NCBI GenBank assembly: GCA_003558335.1
Contig: PWMA01000123.1
Span: forward strand, 1 to 33,543
Direction: 5' to 3'
DNA from: Candidatus Methanofastidiosia archaeon
GTDB taxonomy: Archaea; Methanobacteriota_B; Thermococci; Methanofastidiosales; Methanofastidiosaceae
Length of the DNA stretch: 33,543 nt
The notes below the pieces were generated by a model that was given only the letters and a program-made list of their open reading frames with translations, was not told the DNA's origin and ran no database searches. Below are positions 17,123 through 27,027 of the stretch, piece by piece. Each line of letters begins with the position of its first letter. Within the stretch, counting starts at the first letter, position 1. Both the position numbers and the translations under genes were made by a program.

Positions 17123-18662
17123 GATTTTTGTAACTCTGAATATTTTTATTCCCATGTTTCTTCTGCCATTCTTCTAATGGAATTGCATATTCCTTTTCAA
17201 TTTTCCCTCTGTGAAGGCTGTTATATGTACAAAAAGGGATTACCTTACCGCCTGGGACAGCATAATGTATCGCACATCTTTTTACTCTTTCAACATCAAA
17301 ATTATAAGGATCTTGGAAATGCATACAACCTATTAGCAATGTGTTGTAACTAAAGTCTGCTAGAGCATCAACATCTCCTTCTCTCAGTACGCTCAAAAGA
17401 AGTCTGTTAATATCAAGATTTTTAGGTTTTCTCTTTCTATCAACTAGATAAGGGAAATCTTTTGTTATCTTTGCAATAGCCATGGCTTTATTTATTTTTC
17501 CACCATTTATTATTTTTTCAGTCATGTCGTCAAGTAAAGAAAAGAATCCCTCTACGTCGACGAAATGTGTTATGGGAACCATTTTTCCTTCATCATCAAG
17601 AAAAACATATGTGGCCACTCCACAGTGCTCATGACAGGTAAATTTTACTTGGGGTTTATTTCGCCAAGCTTCGATAAAATTAGAGAAAGAATTAACACAA
17701 GGTGCAGAATAAAAATCTTCTGCTAAAATTTCACCATTTGTTTGCTCTTCAACAATTTTGGCAAAGTCAGGTATAGTAATTCTCATCTTCTCTAGTTCTT
17801 CTTTATCTATTCTACCGGAAAATGAGACCGGTTGAAAGTTTATTCCCCTTATTACATCCATATTTTTAATACCAAACTGGATTATATCGTTTACCTGATC
17901 ATCATTTATTCCCTTAACCAAAGTAGGCACCAAAACAACACTTGTTAGTCCAGATTTTCTAAAATTTTCCAAAGCCTGAAGTTTTATTGGAAGCGCATTA
18001 AATCCTCTAGCTGGAAAATATGGTTTCTCGTTTACTCCATCAAATTGAAGATAAACAGTATTAAGCCCTTTTTGTCTCAACTCTTTGCAAAATTCCAGAT
18101 CTCTAGATAATCTTACTCCATTAGTTGCAATTTGAGCAAGCGTAAATCCCAATTTTTTTGCTTCTTGGACGATTTCAGGCAGGTCATCTCTTATTGTTGG
18201 CTCACCACCTGAAAATTGGACAGCCATACAAGGCACCGGTTTTTCATTTCTTACAGATTTCATCATTTCAATAAGCTCTTCTTTGGAAGGCTCAAGAACA
18301 TATCCTGCAGTCTGAGCATTTGCAAAACATATGGGGCATTTCATATTACATCTGTTGGTAACATCTATATTACATAAAACTGTAGGTGTAAAATGTTCCG
18401 AACATATTCCACAATCAAGCGGGCAACCATCCTTTACTTCTCTGTGAGGATTATCTAATTTTGATCCATCATAGTGATATTTTTTTACCTTTTTGTACAT
18501 TTGATAATCTGACCAATAAATATCCTCGAAATTACCATGCTCAGCGCAGCTCTTTTTAATAAGAACTTTGCCCCCCTCTTCGACTATATCTGCATCAATT
18601 ACAGTATAGCATAAAGGACATATTGATTTAGTTTTATCGATTAATTCTGACATGGTATACAC
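17091..18662 (-). CDS. tes: Tetraether (GDGT) lipid synthase Tes, radical SAM, MJ0619 family
   Basis: N-terminal rubredoxin-like CPLC...CAEH, auxiliary CPLDCGICSEH, radical SAM CNMKCPIC, QFSGGEP, FQPVSFSGR, CHEHCG, MHFQDPYNFD, RCAIHY and PFCTYN motifs. Confidence 0.88.
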   Translation of the reverse strand: MYTMSELIDKTKSICPLCYTVIDADIVEEGGKVLIKKSCAEHGNFEDIYWSDYQMYKKVKKYHYDGSKLDNPHREVKDGCPLDCGICSEHFTPTVLCNIDVTNRCNMKCPICFANAQTAGYVLEPSKEELIEMMKSVRNEKPVPCMAVQFSGGEPTIRDDLPEIVQEAKKLGFTLAQIATNGVRLSRDLEFCKELRQKGLNTVYLQFDGVNEKPYFPARGFNALPIKLQALENFRKSGLTSVVLVPTLVKGINDDQVNDIIQFGIKNMDVIRGINFQPVSFSGRIDKEELEKMRITIPDFAKIVEEQTNGEILAEDFYSAPCVNSFSNFIEAWRNKPQVKFTCHEHCGVATYVFLDDEGKMVPITHFVDVEGFFSLLDDMTEKIINGGKINKAMAIAKITKDFPYLVDRKRKPKNLDINRLLLSVLREGDVDALADFSYNTLLIGCMHFQDPYNFDVERVKRCAIHYAVPGGKVIPFCTYNSLHRGKIEKEYAIPLEEWQKKHGNKNIQSYKNLKSLSFFSKK

Positions 18663-18739
18663 CAGTAAAAGTTCCAGTAGGCTATCCTAAAATTATATTT
18701 AAAAGCCTTTGCCCAGATTTTACATATCAATTATTATTT

Positions 18740-19276
18740 TTACCAATTTATTTTTTTTATATTTTCCATTCCGGATTCAAAAGCACTTATATTTAGGTCA
18801 AGCATTTTTGGTATGCTATCTTTAATTGAGTCTTTCATAGAACCTTTTGAGATAATATCGCATATCTCACAAAAACCCCCTAGCATAACTATATTTGCTA
18901 CAATCTTGGTTCCAAGTTCTGATGCTATTCTTGTTGCATTAAGTTCTGCAAGTTTGAAATTGCCACCAATCTTTTTGTCAGGTATCAGCTCTGGATCATA
19001 AATAATTATTCCTTGATTTTCAGTCATTGGGGCATATTTTGAAAAAGCCTCTTGACTCATTATAATCGATATCGATGCCGATTCAACTTTGGGATAATCA
19101 ATCTCTTCATCTGAAATAACTATCTCCGAGCGTGACGATCCTCCTCTGGCTTCAGGTCCATAAGATTGAGTTTGCACTGCATTAAATCCATTCAATACTG
19201 CAGCCTTGCCAACTATAACTCCCGACAAGACAATACCTTGTCCTCCAAATCCACTTATTCTAATTCCTGTCTTCAT
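18740..19276 (-). CDS. korG: 2-oxoacid:ferredoxin oxidoreductase gamma subunit
   Basis: IRISGFGGQGIVL, QTQSYGPEARGGSS and ANIVMLG motifs. Confidence 0.92.
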   Translation of the reverse strand: MKTGIRISGFGGQGIVLSGVIVGKAAVLNGFNAVQTQSYGPEARGGSSRSEIVISDEEIDYPKVESASISIIMSQEAFSKYAPMTENQGIIIYDPELIPDKKIGGNFKLAELNATRIASELGTKIVANIVMLGGFCEICDIISKGSMKDSIKDSIPKMLDLNISAFESGMENIKKINW

Positions 19277-20100
19277 TTTAGTTCACCACAGAATCTTTTG
19301 TATTTTGTACCAAAGTCTTCTTTGTCAGTATTTACAAGCTCGCCTATAACCATCTTATCGGTAGTATTACCTTCCGCCAATATTTTTTCGTAAAGCTTAA
19401 CATTAATTGTAGATTCTTTCAAATGCTTTGTCATATCAAGAGCTGTACCCATTTTGTTTAATCTACCATAAAAAGTAGGACATGGAGATAAAACTTCAAC
19501 AAAGGAAAATCCAGGCTTTTGAAGGGCATTTTTTATTGAACTTATACATTGTCCAGGGTGTGCTGTAGTCCATCTAGCCACATAAGGGGCCCCAATAACT
19601 TTTGCAAGAATTGAAAGATCAAAAGGATATTCTATGTTGCCATAGGGGGTCGTTGATGTTTTTGATTTAATTGGAGTTGTAGGTGCAACTTGTCCCCCTG
19701 TCATTCCATAGATAAAATTATTTATTGAAATAACTGTTAAATCAACATTTCTCCTTATTGCGTGTAAAAAATGATTCCCCCCTATTGCACCACAATCACC
19801 ATCTCCTGTGAATACAATAACATTCAAATTGGGGTTTGCAAGCTTAACGCCTGTGGCATATGCTATTGCTCTTCCATGCAATGTATGAAGGCCATCGGAA
19901 TCAATGTACCCTGGTACACGTGAAGAGCATCCTATTCCAGATACAAAAACAGTAGTGTCAATATCAATATTTAAATCATATATTGCTCTAAGGGTAAAGT
20001 TCATCACTCCACCTATACCACATCCTGTACAGAATATTGTTGGAAACATACCTTTTCTAAGATATTTTTCTATTATTTTTTTGTTAGAAATAAAGCTCAA
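19273..20100 (-). CDS. korB: 2-oxoacid:ferredoxin oxidoreductase beta subunit (TPP-binding)
   Basis: FCTGCG, SGIGCS, LHGRA, GDGD...NNFIYGMTGGQ and VLSPCPT motifs. Confidence 0.93.
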   Translation of the reverse strand: MSFISNKKIIEKYLRKGMFPTIFCTGCGIGGVMNFTLRAIYDLNIDIDTTVFVSGIGCSSRVPGYIDSDGLHTLHGRAIAYATGVKLANPNLNVIVFTGDGDCGAIGGNHFLHAIRRNVDLTVISINNFIYGMTGGQVAPTTPIKSKTSTTPYGNIEYPFDLSILAKVIGAPYVARWTTAHPGQCISSIKNALQKPGFSFVEVLSPCPTFYGRLNKMGTALDMTKHLKESTINVKLYEKILAEGNTTDKMVIGELVNTDKEDFGTKYKRFCGELK

Positions 20101-21269
20101 GGTTTTACCTCCCCTATATACTTAAAAATTTCTTTCGGCGAATGAATAGCTCCACCTATTCTTGGTGCAAGTATAACTTTTACATCCTTTCCAACAACTT
20201 CCCTTATCGGATGTATCATCTGTCCAAGATTCATTTCAGGTACAATAACTGTGTGGACATTTTTTAAAAGCTCTTTTATCTTTTCATAATTAAAGGGCCA
20301 TATAGTGATTAGTCTTATATGGCCAACTTTTATACCCTTTTCCCTGGCCATTTTAACAGCACTTGCTGCAGGTCTTGAAGTTATTCCGTATGATATTACC
20401 ATTATTTCAGCATCATCAATCAAATAATCCTCATAATACCATACATTATCAATATCATCTAATATCTTATCGATTAATCTTGTGACTAGATCTTCATGAA
20501 CTTCAGCTGATGTTGTTACAGGAAAACCCCTTTCATCATGTGTTAGTCCTGTAATGTATGTTTTATAACCTAGTCCAAAGTGCTTGAAATTGGGAATTTT
20601 GGAAGATTTTTTAAAATGTTTTCTATAGGGTTTAAAATTATCAGATTCTATATTGGATTTTATCTTTTCTTCAACTTTAATATTTTTTACTTCAGGCAAT
20701 ACTACTTTTTCCCTCATATGTCCTAGCTCTGCATCAAGAAGTACTACAACCGGAACTCTATAGTCATCAGAGAGATTAAATGCTTCTATAGTAAGATCAA
20801 GTGTTTCTTGGACTGATTTTGGCGCCAATGCAATAATCTGATGGTCTCCGTGTGTTCCCCACATAGTCTGCATTATATCCCCTTGTGCTGCCTCTGTAGG
20901 TTGGCCTGTGCTTGGACCTCCTCTTTGGACATTTACGATTACGCAAGGTGTTTCAGCCATACATGCATAACCTATACACTCCTGCATTAGAGAAAAACCA
21001 GGGCCGCTTGTTGCTGTCATTGCCCTTACTCCTGTACACGAAGCCCCAATAACAGCAGCTATACTTGCTATTTCATCTTCCATTTGCACACAAACTCTGC
21101 CAAGTTTTGGCATCCATATGGCCATTCCTTCGGCAACTTCAGTAGCAGGAGTTATAGGATAACCAGCAAAGAATTTGCAGTCTGCAAGCAATGCACCATA
21201 AACTGTTGCTTCATCGCCTTGAATAAAAAGATCTTTCTTGCCAACAAGTCTAATAATTTCATTTGTCAT
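20097..21269 (-). CDS. korA: 2-oxoacid:ferredoxin oxidoreductase alpha subunit
   Basis: FAGYPITPATE, QMEDEIA, TATSGPG, VQRGGPSTG and VPEMNLGQ motifs. The ATG at 21269 follows GGAGG. The track start at 21314 lies inside korD. Confidence 0.93.
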   Translation of the reverse strand: MTNEIIRLVGKKDLFIQGDEATVYGALLADCKFFAGYPITPATEVAEGMAIWMPKLGRVCVQMEDEIASIAAVIGASCTGVRAMTATSGPGFSLMQECIGYACMAETPCVIVNVQRGGPSTGQPTEAAQGDIMQTMWGTHGDHQIIALAPKSVQETLDLTIEAFNLSDDYRVPVVVLLDAELGHMREKVVLPEVKNIKVEEKIKSNIESDNFKPYRKHFKKSSKIPNFKHFGLGYKTYITGLTHDERGFPVTTSAEVHEDLVTRLIDKILDDIDNVWYYEDYLIDDAEIMVISYGITSRPAASAVKMAREKGIKVGHIRLITIWPFNYEKIKELLKNVHTVIVPEMNLGQMIHPIREVVGKDVKVILAPRIGGAIHSPKEIFKYIGEVKP

Positions 21270-21468
21270 CTTTATCCTCCACAATAATCGCAAAATCAGG
21301 ACACATAAGTTCACAAAGGTGGCATCTAATACATTTTTCAGGAAAATTCACCTCAGGAGGAAATACGCCTCTTTTGCTAAGCTTTTGAGATTTTATGTAT
21401 ACTTTCTTGGGGCAGTATTCTATGCACAATAAACAACCTTTACAATAATCTGTATTGATATGAATCAG
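21259..21468 (-). CDS. korD: 2-oxoacid:ferredoxin oxidoreductase delta subunit (2x[4Fe-4S] ferredoxin, 69 aa), apparent CTG start, not in the ORF track
   Basis: Manual translation gives (L)IHINTDYCKGCLLCIEYCPKKV...EKCIRCHLCELMCPDFAIIVEDKDDK with two CxxCxxCxxxCP motifs. AGGTGA at 21478-21473 lies before the CTG, with an in-frame TGA just upstream. Confidence 0.85.
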   Translation of the reverse strand: MIHINTDYCKGCLLCIEYCPKKVYIKSQKLSKRGVFPPEVNFPEKCIRCHLCELMCPDFAIIVEDKDDK

Positions 21469-21542
21469 AAAATCACCTTGTCAATATAATAGAAAAGAAA
21501 TAAACTATTTTTATAAAGTTTATCGTCATTGACAAAAAGAAT

Positions 21543-22760
21543 CTATCTTCCATATTCCATATGGGCCTTTGTTAGATGCCTTGCTGCCAAAGCCCCTATT
21601 AAAGATATCTCACCTGCCAAGACAGCTGAAGCGCATATCTCAGAAAGAGCTTTAGCATTATCTCCACTGAATTTAGACCCTCCAGAGATTCCAAGAATGT
21701 CAAGGGCTTCCTTCTGCGTTTCAATTCTAGTTCCACCACCAACAGTTGCGACTTCAAGGGAAGGCAAGGTAACTGCAAAGTAAACTCCATTTTCATCTTT
21801 TTCAACTGTTGTAAATCCTTGACTTCCTTCAACAACTTGCGCTATGTCTTGACCTGTAGCCAAAAAAATTGCAGCAACAATATTTGCAAAATGAGCATTA
21901 AATCCATAAGAACCTGCTTGAGCCGAACCAATGAAATTCTTTCTATAGTTAACATCAATCAAAGTATCTGCGTCTGTCTTAAGCTTGTCCTTAATAATTT
22001 TATCAGGTATCATAATTTCAGCTGTTATGCTTTTACCTCTACCTTCAATTAAATTGATGGCCGAAGATTTCTTGTCTGTACAAAGATTACCTGAAAGAGA
22101 TACGCATTTTATTTCAGGAAATTTATCTTCAATTACTTTTATTGCTGCATCAGTTCCAATTGTAACTCCATTCATACCCATAGAGTCTCCTGTATCGTAG
22201 ACAAATCTCAAAAATAGATTACGCCCAACTAGGTATGGGACAATTTTTTGAAGTTTTCTAAATCTAGAATTTTTTTCACTTTCCTTTTTAATTTCGTCAA
22301 AATTACTGACAATAAATTCAGAAACCTTATAGTAATCTCTTGAAGATTTGAGTCTTAAAACAGGCGCTCTTGACATTCCATTTTTGAATATAGTGGTTAT
22401 GGCACCGCCTGAAGCTGTAATAACTGAAGCTCCTCTGTTGGTACTTGCTACTAGAGCACCCTCTGATGTGGCCATAGGTACATAAAAGTTACCATTGGCA
22501 TAGTTACCATTTACTTTTAAAGGTCCTACAATGCCCATAGGTACTTCTACAACACCAATCATATTTTCTATATTTTTCCCGAATAGATTTTCAGAATTTA
22601 AAGAATATTTGCCTATATGGTTTAAACTGATATTTCTTATTTTTTCTATAGCTGCCCTTCTTATCTCTACAGCTTCTTCTGTAGTTTCAGTGAAGTTTTC
22701 AATCTGATATATTTTAATCTTGCCGCTGATAACTTTTTTTAAAATTTCTTCTTTTTCCAT
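21543..22760 (-). CDS. hmgA: Class I HMG-CoA reductase (NADPH)
   Basis: ENMIG, VPMATSEGALVAS, GDSMGMN, SLSGNLCTDKK, GQDIAQVVE, TVGGGT and the C-terminal HLTKAH. Confidence 0.96.
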   Translation of the reverse strand: MEKEEILKKVISGKIKIYQIENFTETTEEAVEIRRAAIEKIRNISLNHIGKYSLNSENLFGKNIENMIGVVEVPMGIVGPLKVNGNYANGNFYVPMATSEGALVASTNRGASVITASGGAITTIFKNGMSRAPVLRLKSSRDYYKVSEFIVSNFDEIKKESEKNSRFRKLQKIVPYLVGRNLFLRFVYDTGDSMGMNGVTIGTDAAIKVIEDKFPEIKCVSLSGNLCTDKKSSAINLIEGRGKSITAEIMIPDKIIKDKLKTDADTLIDVNYRKNFIGSAQAGSYGFNAHFANIVAAIFLATGQDIAQVVEGSQGFTTVEKDENGVYFAVTLPSLEVATVGGGTRIETQKEALDILGISGGSKFSGDNAKALSEICASAVLAGEISLIGALAARHLTKAHMEYGR

Positions 22761-22769
22761 CTAATCCAC

Positions 22770-23177
22770 TCATGGATGTGCATATTTAACTATTGGCCTA
22801 AATTTATATCCATAACAAATTATGCCATCTTCATTATATTCCATAATCTTTCGTGTAACCATTTCAACATCCATTCCAATTTCAAGCTCTTCTGCACGGG
22901 CATCGGTTATTTGGGCAGTAATTATTGGCCCTTCAACAAGACCTATTAAGGCTACAGCATAAGGCATGTTATATTTATGTTCCTGTGGAGGACTATTGAT
23001 ATCTGTAAAAGATAGAATCTTTCCCTTTCCTATGAGGGCATAATCCTCACATTTTCTACTCCTACATTTAGGACAAACTAATCTATATGGAAAGGATATT
23101 TCTTCGCAATCACAGCACTTTGAACCCAAGAGCCTATATCTTCTTACTTGCTCTCTCCAGTGTCTTGGCACGTTCAT
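22770..23177 (-). CDS. DUF35 Zn-ribbon/OB-fold scaffold of the thiolase/HMGS complex
   Basis: CxxC...CPKC zinc ribbon, OB-fold PYAVALI...G.IITAQ and YGYKF. Directly follows the thiolase. Confidence 0.92.
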   Translation of the reverse strand: MNVPRHWREQVRRYRLLGSKCCDCEEISFPYRLVCPKCRSRKCEDYALIGKGKILSFTDINSPPQEHKYNMPYAVALIGLVEGPIITAQITDARAEELEIGMDVEMVTRKIMEYNEDGIICYGYKFRPIVKYAHP

Positions 23178-24326
23178 TTAATCCCCCCTTTCAAGAACAC
23201 ATACAGACACTGTAGATCCACTACCACCAATATTTTCAGCTAATCCTTTTTCAGCATCTACTCGACCATCACCTCTAAGGCTATACACAAGCTCCCCTAT
23301 TTGATATACGCCTGTTGCGCCAACAGGATGTCCTCTTGCCTTAAGTCCCCCATAAAGATTTATTGGTAGTTGTCCTCCGATATAATATTGGCCTTCTAAT
23401 CCCATCTTTGCAGCTTCTCCTTTTTTTACAAAGCCAAGGTCCTCTAAAGATAGGGCGCTCATTATAGAAAAAGCGTCGTGAATTTCTGCTATATCGATAT
23501 CCTTTGGAGTAACACCTGCCATTTTATAGGCTTTTCTACTTGCCTCAACTGCTGCAGAAAGAGTAGTCATTTGTTTTCTGTCGTGTACACCTAAGGTATC
23601 AGTTGCAAGTCCAACTCCGGAGACTATTATTGGTGCATCTGTAAATTCTCTTGCTTTTTTCTCTGAACATAAGATAACAGAAGCAGATCCATCACATATT
23701 GGCGCACAGTCCATAAGAGTAAGTGGATCTGCTATCATTGGAGAATTAATAACCGTTTGATGCGTTAACTCTTTTCTATACATGGCATGTTTGCTAAAAG
23801 GTGCATTTTTGTGAGATATAACTGGAAAAATTGAAAGATCTTCTCTTTTAACATTAAACTCATGCATATAGCGCCTCATAACAAGAGCATTTAGGGCTAC
23901 AAAAGAAACTCCGTGAAAAGCTTCATAATCTCTATCTGAGGCATTTGCAAGAATTGATGTCGTTTTTGAAGGCAGGACATCTGTCATTTTTTCTACACCT
24001 GTTACAAGCACGCAATCATACATGCCTGACTTTATAGCCATATATCCTTCAATGAACGCCGCACCCCCAGAACCACACGCTGCTTCAATTTTGACTGCAG
24101 GAATAGATCCAAGCCCAGCAAAATCAGCTATCAATGTGCCTATATTTTCTTGCTCTATAAAAGGGCCAGATGACATATTACCTACATAAAGTGCATCGAC
24201 ATTATCTATCCCGCTATCTTCAAAAGCCATCCAGATAGATTCTATTGCAAGTTCTCTTAATGATTTATCCCAACGCTCTCCAACATTCCCAAGGCCAACT
24301 CCAATTACAGCTACATTATCGTTCAC
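23178..24326 (-). CDS. Acetoacetyl-CoA thiolase
   Basis: KIEAACGSG (catalytic Cys), GVEKMTD, CAPICDG, EIHDAF, GGLKARGHPVGATG and NIGG motifs. Confidence 0.94.
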   Translation of the reverse strand: MNDNVAVIGVGLGNVGERWDKSLRELAIESIWMAFEDSGIDNVDALYVGNMSSGPFIEQENIGTLIADFAGLGSIPAVKIEAACGSGGAAFIEGYMAIKSGMYDCVLVTGVEKMTDVLPSKTTSILANASDRDYEAFHGVSFVALNALVMRRYMHEFNVKREDLSIFPVISHKNAPFSKHAMYRKELTHQTVINSPMIADPLTLMDCAPICDGSASVILCSEKKAREFTDAPIIVSGVGLATDTLGVHDRKQMTTLSAAVEASRKAYKMAGVTPKDIDIAEIHDAFSIMSALSLEDLGFVKKGEAAKMGLEGQYYIGGQLPINLYGGLKARGHPVGATGVYQIGELVYSLRGDGRVDAEKGLAENIGGSGSTVSVCVLERGD

Positions 24327-24330
24327 TTGC

Positions 24331-25374
24331 TCACATCCTTATCTTCTTTCTATACCTTGCATAACGAGCATAGTCAATTTCTTCTCTTCTTTCAATGTAA
24401 GATTTAACTGATGGTGCATTTGCTCTTCTATCATTTATTTTATCTGTTACTTCGATAGAAAATGAATCACTCCCAGCTCCAGATCCATAAGATGTACAAA
24501 ATATCCTATCTCCCTCCTTAGAAATATCAAGAACTGAGGCAAGACCCAAAAGAGCCGAACCTGCGTAAGTATTACCTATGTAAGGCGATATTAATCCATC
24601 CATAATTTTTTCTTTTGGAAATCCAAGGATTTTTGCGACTTCTAGTGGGAATTTTCTGTTAGGTTGGTGAAATATAGCATAATCATAATCTTCTGGATTT
24701 GTTCCAAGCTCATCCATAAGTGCCTCTGAGCAATTGATCACATGTTTGAAATAGGAAGGTTCTCCAGTGAATCTGTTGCCATGTTTGGGGTAATGCTCAT
24801 GCTGTCTTCTCCAAAAATCAGGAGTATCTGTAACGTATGAAACTGAACTTTCAATAACTGCAAGACTTTCTTTTGAACTTCCAATAATATATCCTGCACC
24901 ACCTGCTGCAGCTGTATACTCAAGAGCATCACTTGGTGACCCTTGAGCAGTATCTACGCCTATCCCAAGGGCATAATTTGCCATTCCTGAACCAACATAT
25001 GCAATACATGCTTGAACTGTTTCGCTACCAGCCTTGCATGCGAACTCCCAGTCTGCAGCATTAACAAAAGGTGTTGCTGCAATTGCCTCTGCAACTATCG
25101 TAGAAGTTGGTTTTACGGCATAAGGTTTAGATTCTGTACCAATCCAGACAGCTTTTAGATCTTTAGGTTCTATACCAGCTCTTTTCAAGGCATTTCTAGC
25201 TATTTCTATAGCTATTGTAACAGAATCCTCATCAGATCCTGGAACTGATTTTTCTCTAATCGGCACAAGATTTGGGTCATTGCCCCACACTCTTGCAATC
25301 TCAGTATTTTGAATTCTATATTTGGGTATATAAACGCCATAACCTACTATACCTACAGATTTATTAGGTTTCAT
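24331..25374 (-). CDS. HMG-CoA synthase (archaeal)
   Basis: [49 protein letters not shown] and SYGSGAGSD motifs. Confidence 0.95.
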   Translation of the reverse strand: MKPNKSVGIVGYGVYIPKYRIQNTEIARVWGNDPNLVPIREKSVPGSDEDSVTIAIEIARNALKRAGIEPKDLKAVWIGTESKPYAVKPTSTIVAEAIAATPFVNAADWEFACKAGSETVQACIAYVGSGMANYALGIGVDTAQGSPSDALEYTAAAGGAGYIIGSSKESLAVIESSVSYVTDTPDFWRRQHEHYPKHGNRFTGEPSYFKHVINCSEALMDELGTNPEDYDYAIFHQPNRKFPLEVAKILGFPKEKIMDGLISPYIGNTYAGSALLGLASVLDISKEGDRIFCTSYGSGAGSDSFSIEVTDKINDRRANAPSVKSYIERREEIDYARYARYRKKIRM

Positions 25375-25506
25375 TAAATTCCTCCTTTACAAAGACGACT
25401 TTCTATAGATAAAAGAGATAAACATAATTGCGATATATTAGAAGTAAAATAAAATATATATAAATATTTCGGTATTAATGAAATATTCTATCGGCAAAAA
25501 CCGTTA

Positions 25507-27027
25507 TTATTTAATTTCTTTTATGTAGATTGACTTTTCCTTGTTGAGATCAATATTGATATCGCCAAGATCGATTTTACCTATTATATTTGTACCATCA
25601 AATTCTTCACCGGTGGGGCCATATGACTTGTCATCCTTTAGCCTTACTCCTATGAGGCCTTTATGTTGCCTTGACATGTTTGTAACTCCAACGTCTCCTC
25701 TCTTTGATATGTCAATTGGTGTATTTTCAGGTACTAATCCACTTGCTTCAAAAGACCTTCCCTCAAATGCTACAAGAGATACCGTTGGATGTGCAAATTG
25801 TATGTCAAGCTTTCCAATTGGTTTATTAATAAGGCCTGTTATTTTTCTAAAGTATTTTACAGTTTTTGGAGCTTTGTCTTCAAATAGCTCAATTTCAACA
25901 ATATTTTTTTTGTCTATGCCATATATCTTAACATTTTTGTTCTTAACTATGTCTGCTGTAAATGGAGGATCTTGATCTACCACTATCGCCTCATCAGAAG
26001 TATCGCCTTCCCTTTCTTGTTCGATTCCTTCTGCTTTAAGTTTATCTCCAACCTCCTTTTGTGTGAGTCCAAGAAGCATCAGAGTATGTGGGGAAGTCCT
26101 AACTGAAATTTTATCTCCCTTTTTTACCATATCAATTAATTCAGAACCCAACTCTATGATTCCGACAACTGAGTGATTAGGGGTTGTGATTCTTTCTTTT
26201 TTATATATATAGACAGTTCCTTTATCTTTTCCTTCAGTTCTAATAGAAACTGAGTTTTTCTTTCTTAAGTTAGAATTCTCACTTTCTACATCAAAACCTA
26301 TCAATCCTTTTGAAGCTACATAAGATTCAGAAACCTCATCAATAGTTATTTGACCATCTTTAGCAAGAGAAAAAATATGTTCCATCCCCATTGGAGCGAT
26401 CTCATTTAGTTTAATTAAAGCACAAGTAAATATTTTTTCACCATTTTTTGGTTTGTATAATAGATCAGTAGTAGTTTCAAAATCTCTTTCAACGCTAAAA
26501 ACTTCAACAGGCTCTATTGAAACTATTTCATCTCCTTCTTCCATCATGGATAGAACGTGTCGTCCTTGAGTAATCTTTCCAAGAGGGTTATTGGTACCGT
26601 AATCTCCTTTGTGAGTTTTTTGTGAAAGAACTATGTAGGTAGTGTTATTATCGTATCCTGCAAGTATAAAACTAACATCCCATGGATTATATATCTGCTC
26701 TTCTTTAATTGGTTTTAGATTTGTAGGAACTGCACCTATTGCTATAAGTGTTGAAGTCTTCCATCGAACGTTCTTCTTTTCAAAATGCTTTGATATCTCC
26801 TTAAAGAGCTTTCCTTCTTCGGTATCTTTAATTTTTACCACAAAAGAGCCTTTACTTGTCGTTACGAGAAACTCATCAAGGTATGAGGATTTTTCAGTTT
26901 CTTTCTTGATTATGCCAATAGTTGATCCTTTTTGATAAAATATGTTGTTTTCAGAAAAGATTTTTTCTAATGTAACTCCTTCTTTTATCTCAGTTTTATT
27001 GCCATCAACCTCTATATGCATATTCAT
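25507..27027 (-). CDS. mmp3: Methanogenesis marker protein 3 (cyclophilin-like domains)
   Basis: N-terminal ubiquitin-like IEVDG, VTTSKG, R.T.NHSVVG, APKTVKYFRKITGL...IGKL and GVTNMSR..G.IGVRL.D.KSYGPTGEEFDGTNIIG. Confidence 0.88.
   Translation of the reverse strand: MNMHIEVDGNKTEIKEGVTLEKIFSENNIFYQKGSTIGIIKKETEKSSYLDEFLVTTSKGSFVVKIKDTEEGKLFKEISKHFEKKNVRWKTSTLIAIGAVPTNLKPIKEEQIYNPWDVSFILAGYDNNTTYIVLSQKTHKGDYGTNNPLGKITQGRHVLSMMEEGDEIVSIEPVEVFSVERDFETTTDLLYKPKNGEKIFTCALIKLNEIAPMGMEHIFSLAKDGQITIDEVSESYVASKGLIGFDVESENSNLRKKNSVSIRTEGKDKGTVYIYKKERITTPNHSVVGIIELGSELIDMVKKGDKISVRTSPHTLMLLGLTQKEVGDKLKAEGIEQEREGDTSDEAIVVDQDPPFTADIVKNKNVKIYGIDKKNIVEIELFEDKAPKTVKYFRKITGLINKPIGKLDIQFAHPTVSLVAFEGRSFEASGLVPENTPIDISKRGDVGVTNMSRQHKGLIGVRLKDDKSYGPTGEEFDGTNIIGKIDLGDINIDLNKEKSIYIKEIK

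Noticed and set aside
17091-18662. Annotation as methanopterin methyltransferase or MoaA-like protein
   Set aside because: This is the legacy label of the MJ0619 family. The rubredoxin-like and auxiliary cluster motifs fit tetraether synthase.
21238-21432. Plus-strand 64-aa track ORF and the extended korA start at 21314
   Set aside because: The region is explained by minus-strand korD and by a GGAGG-supported korA ATG at 21269.
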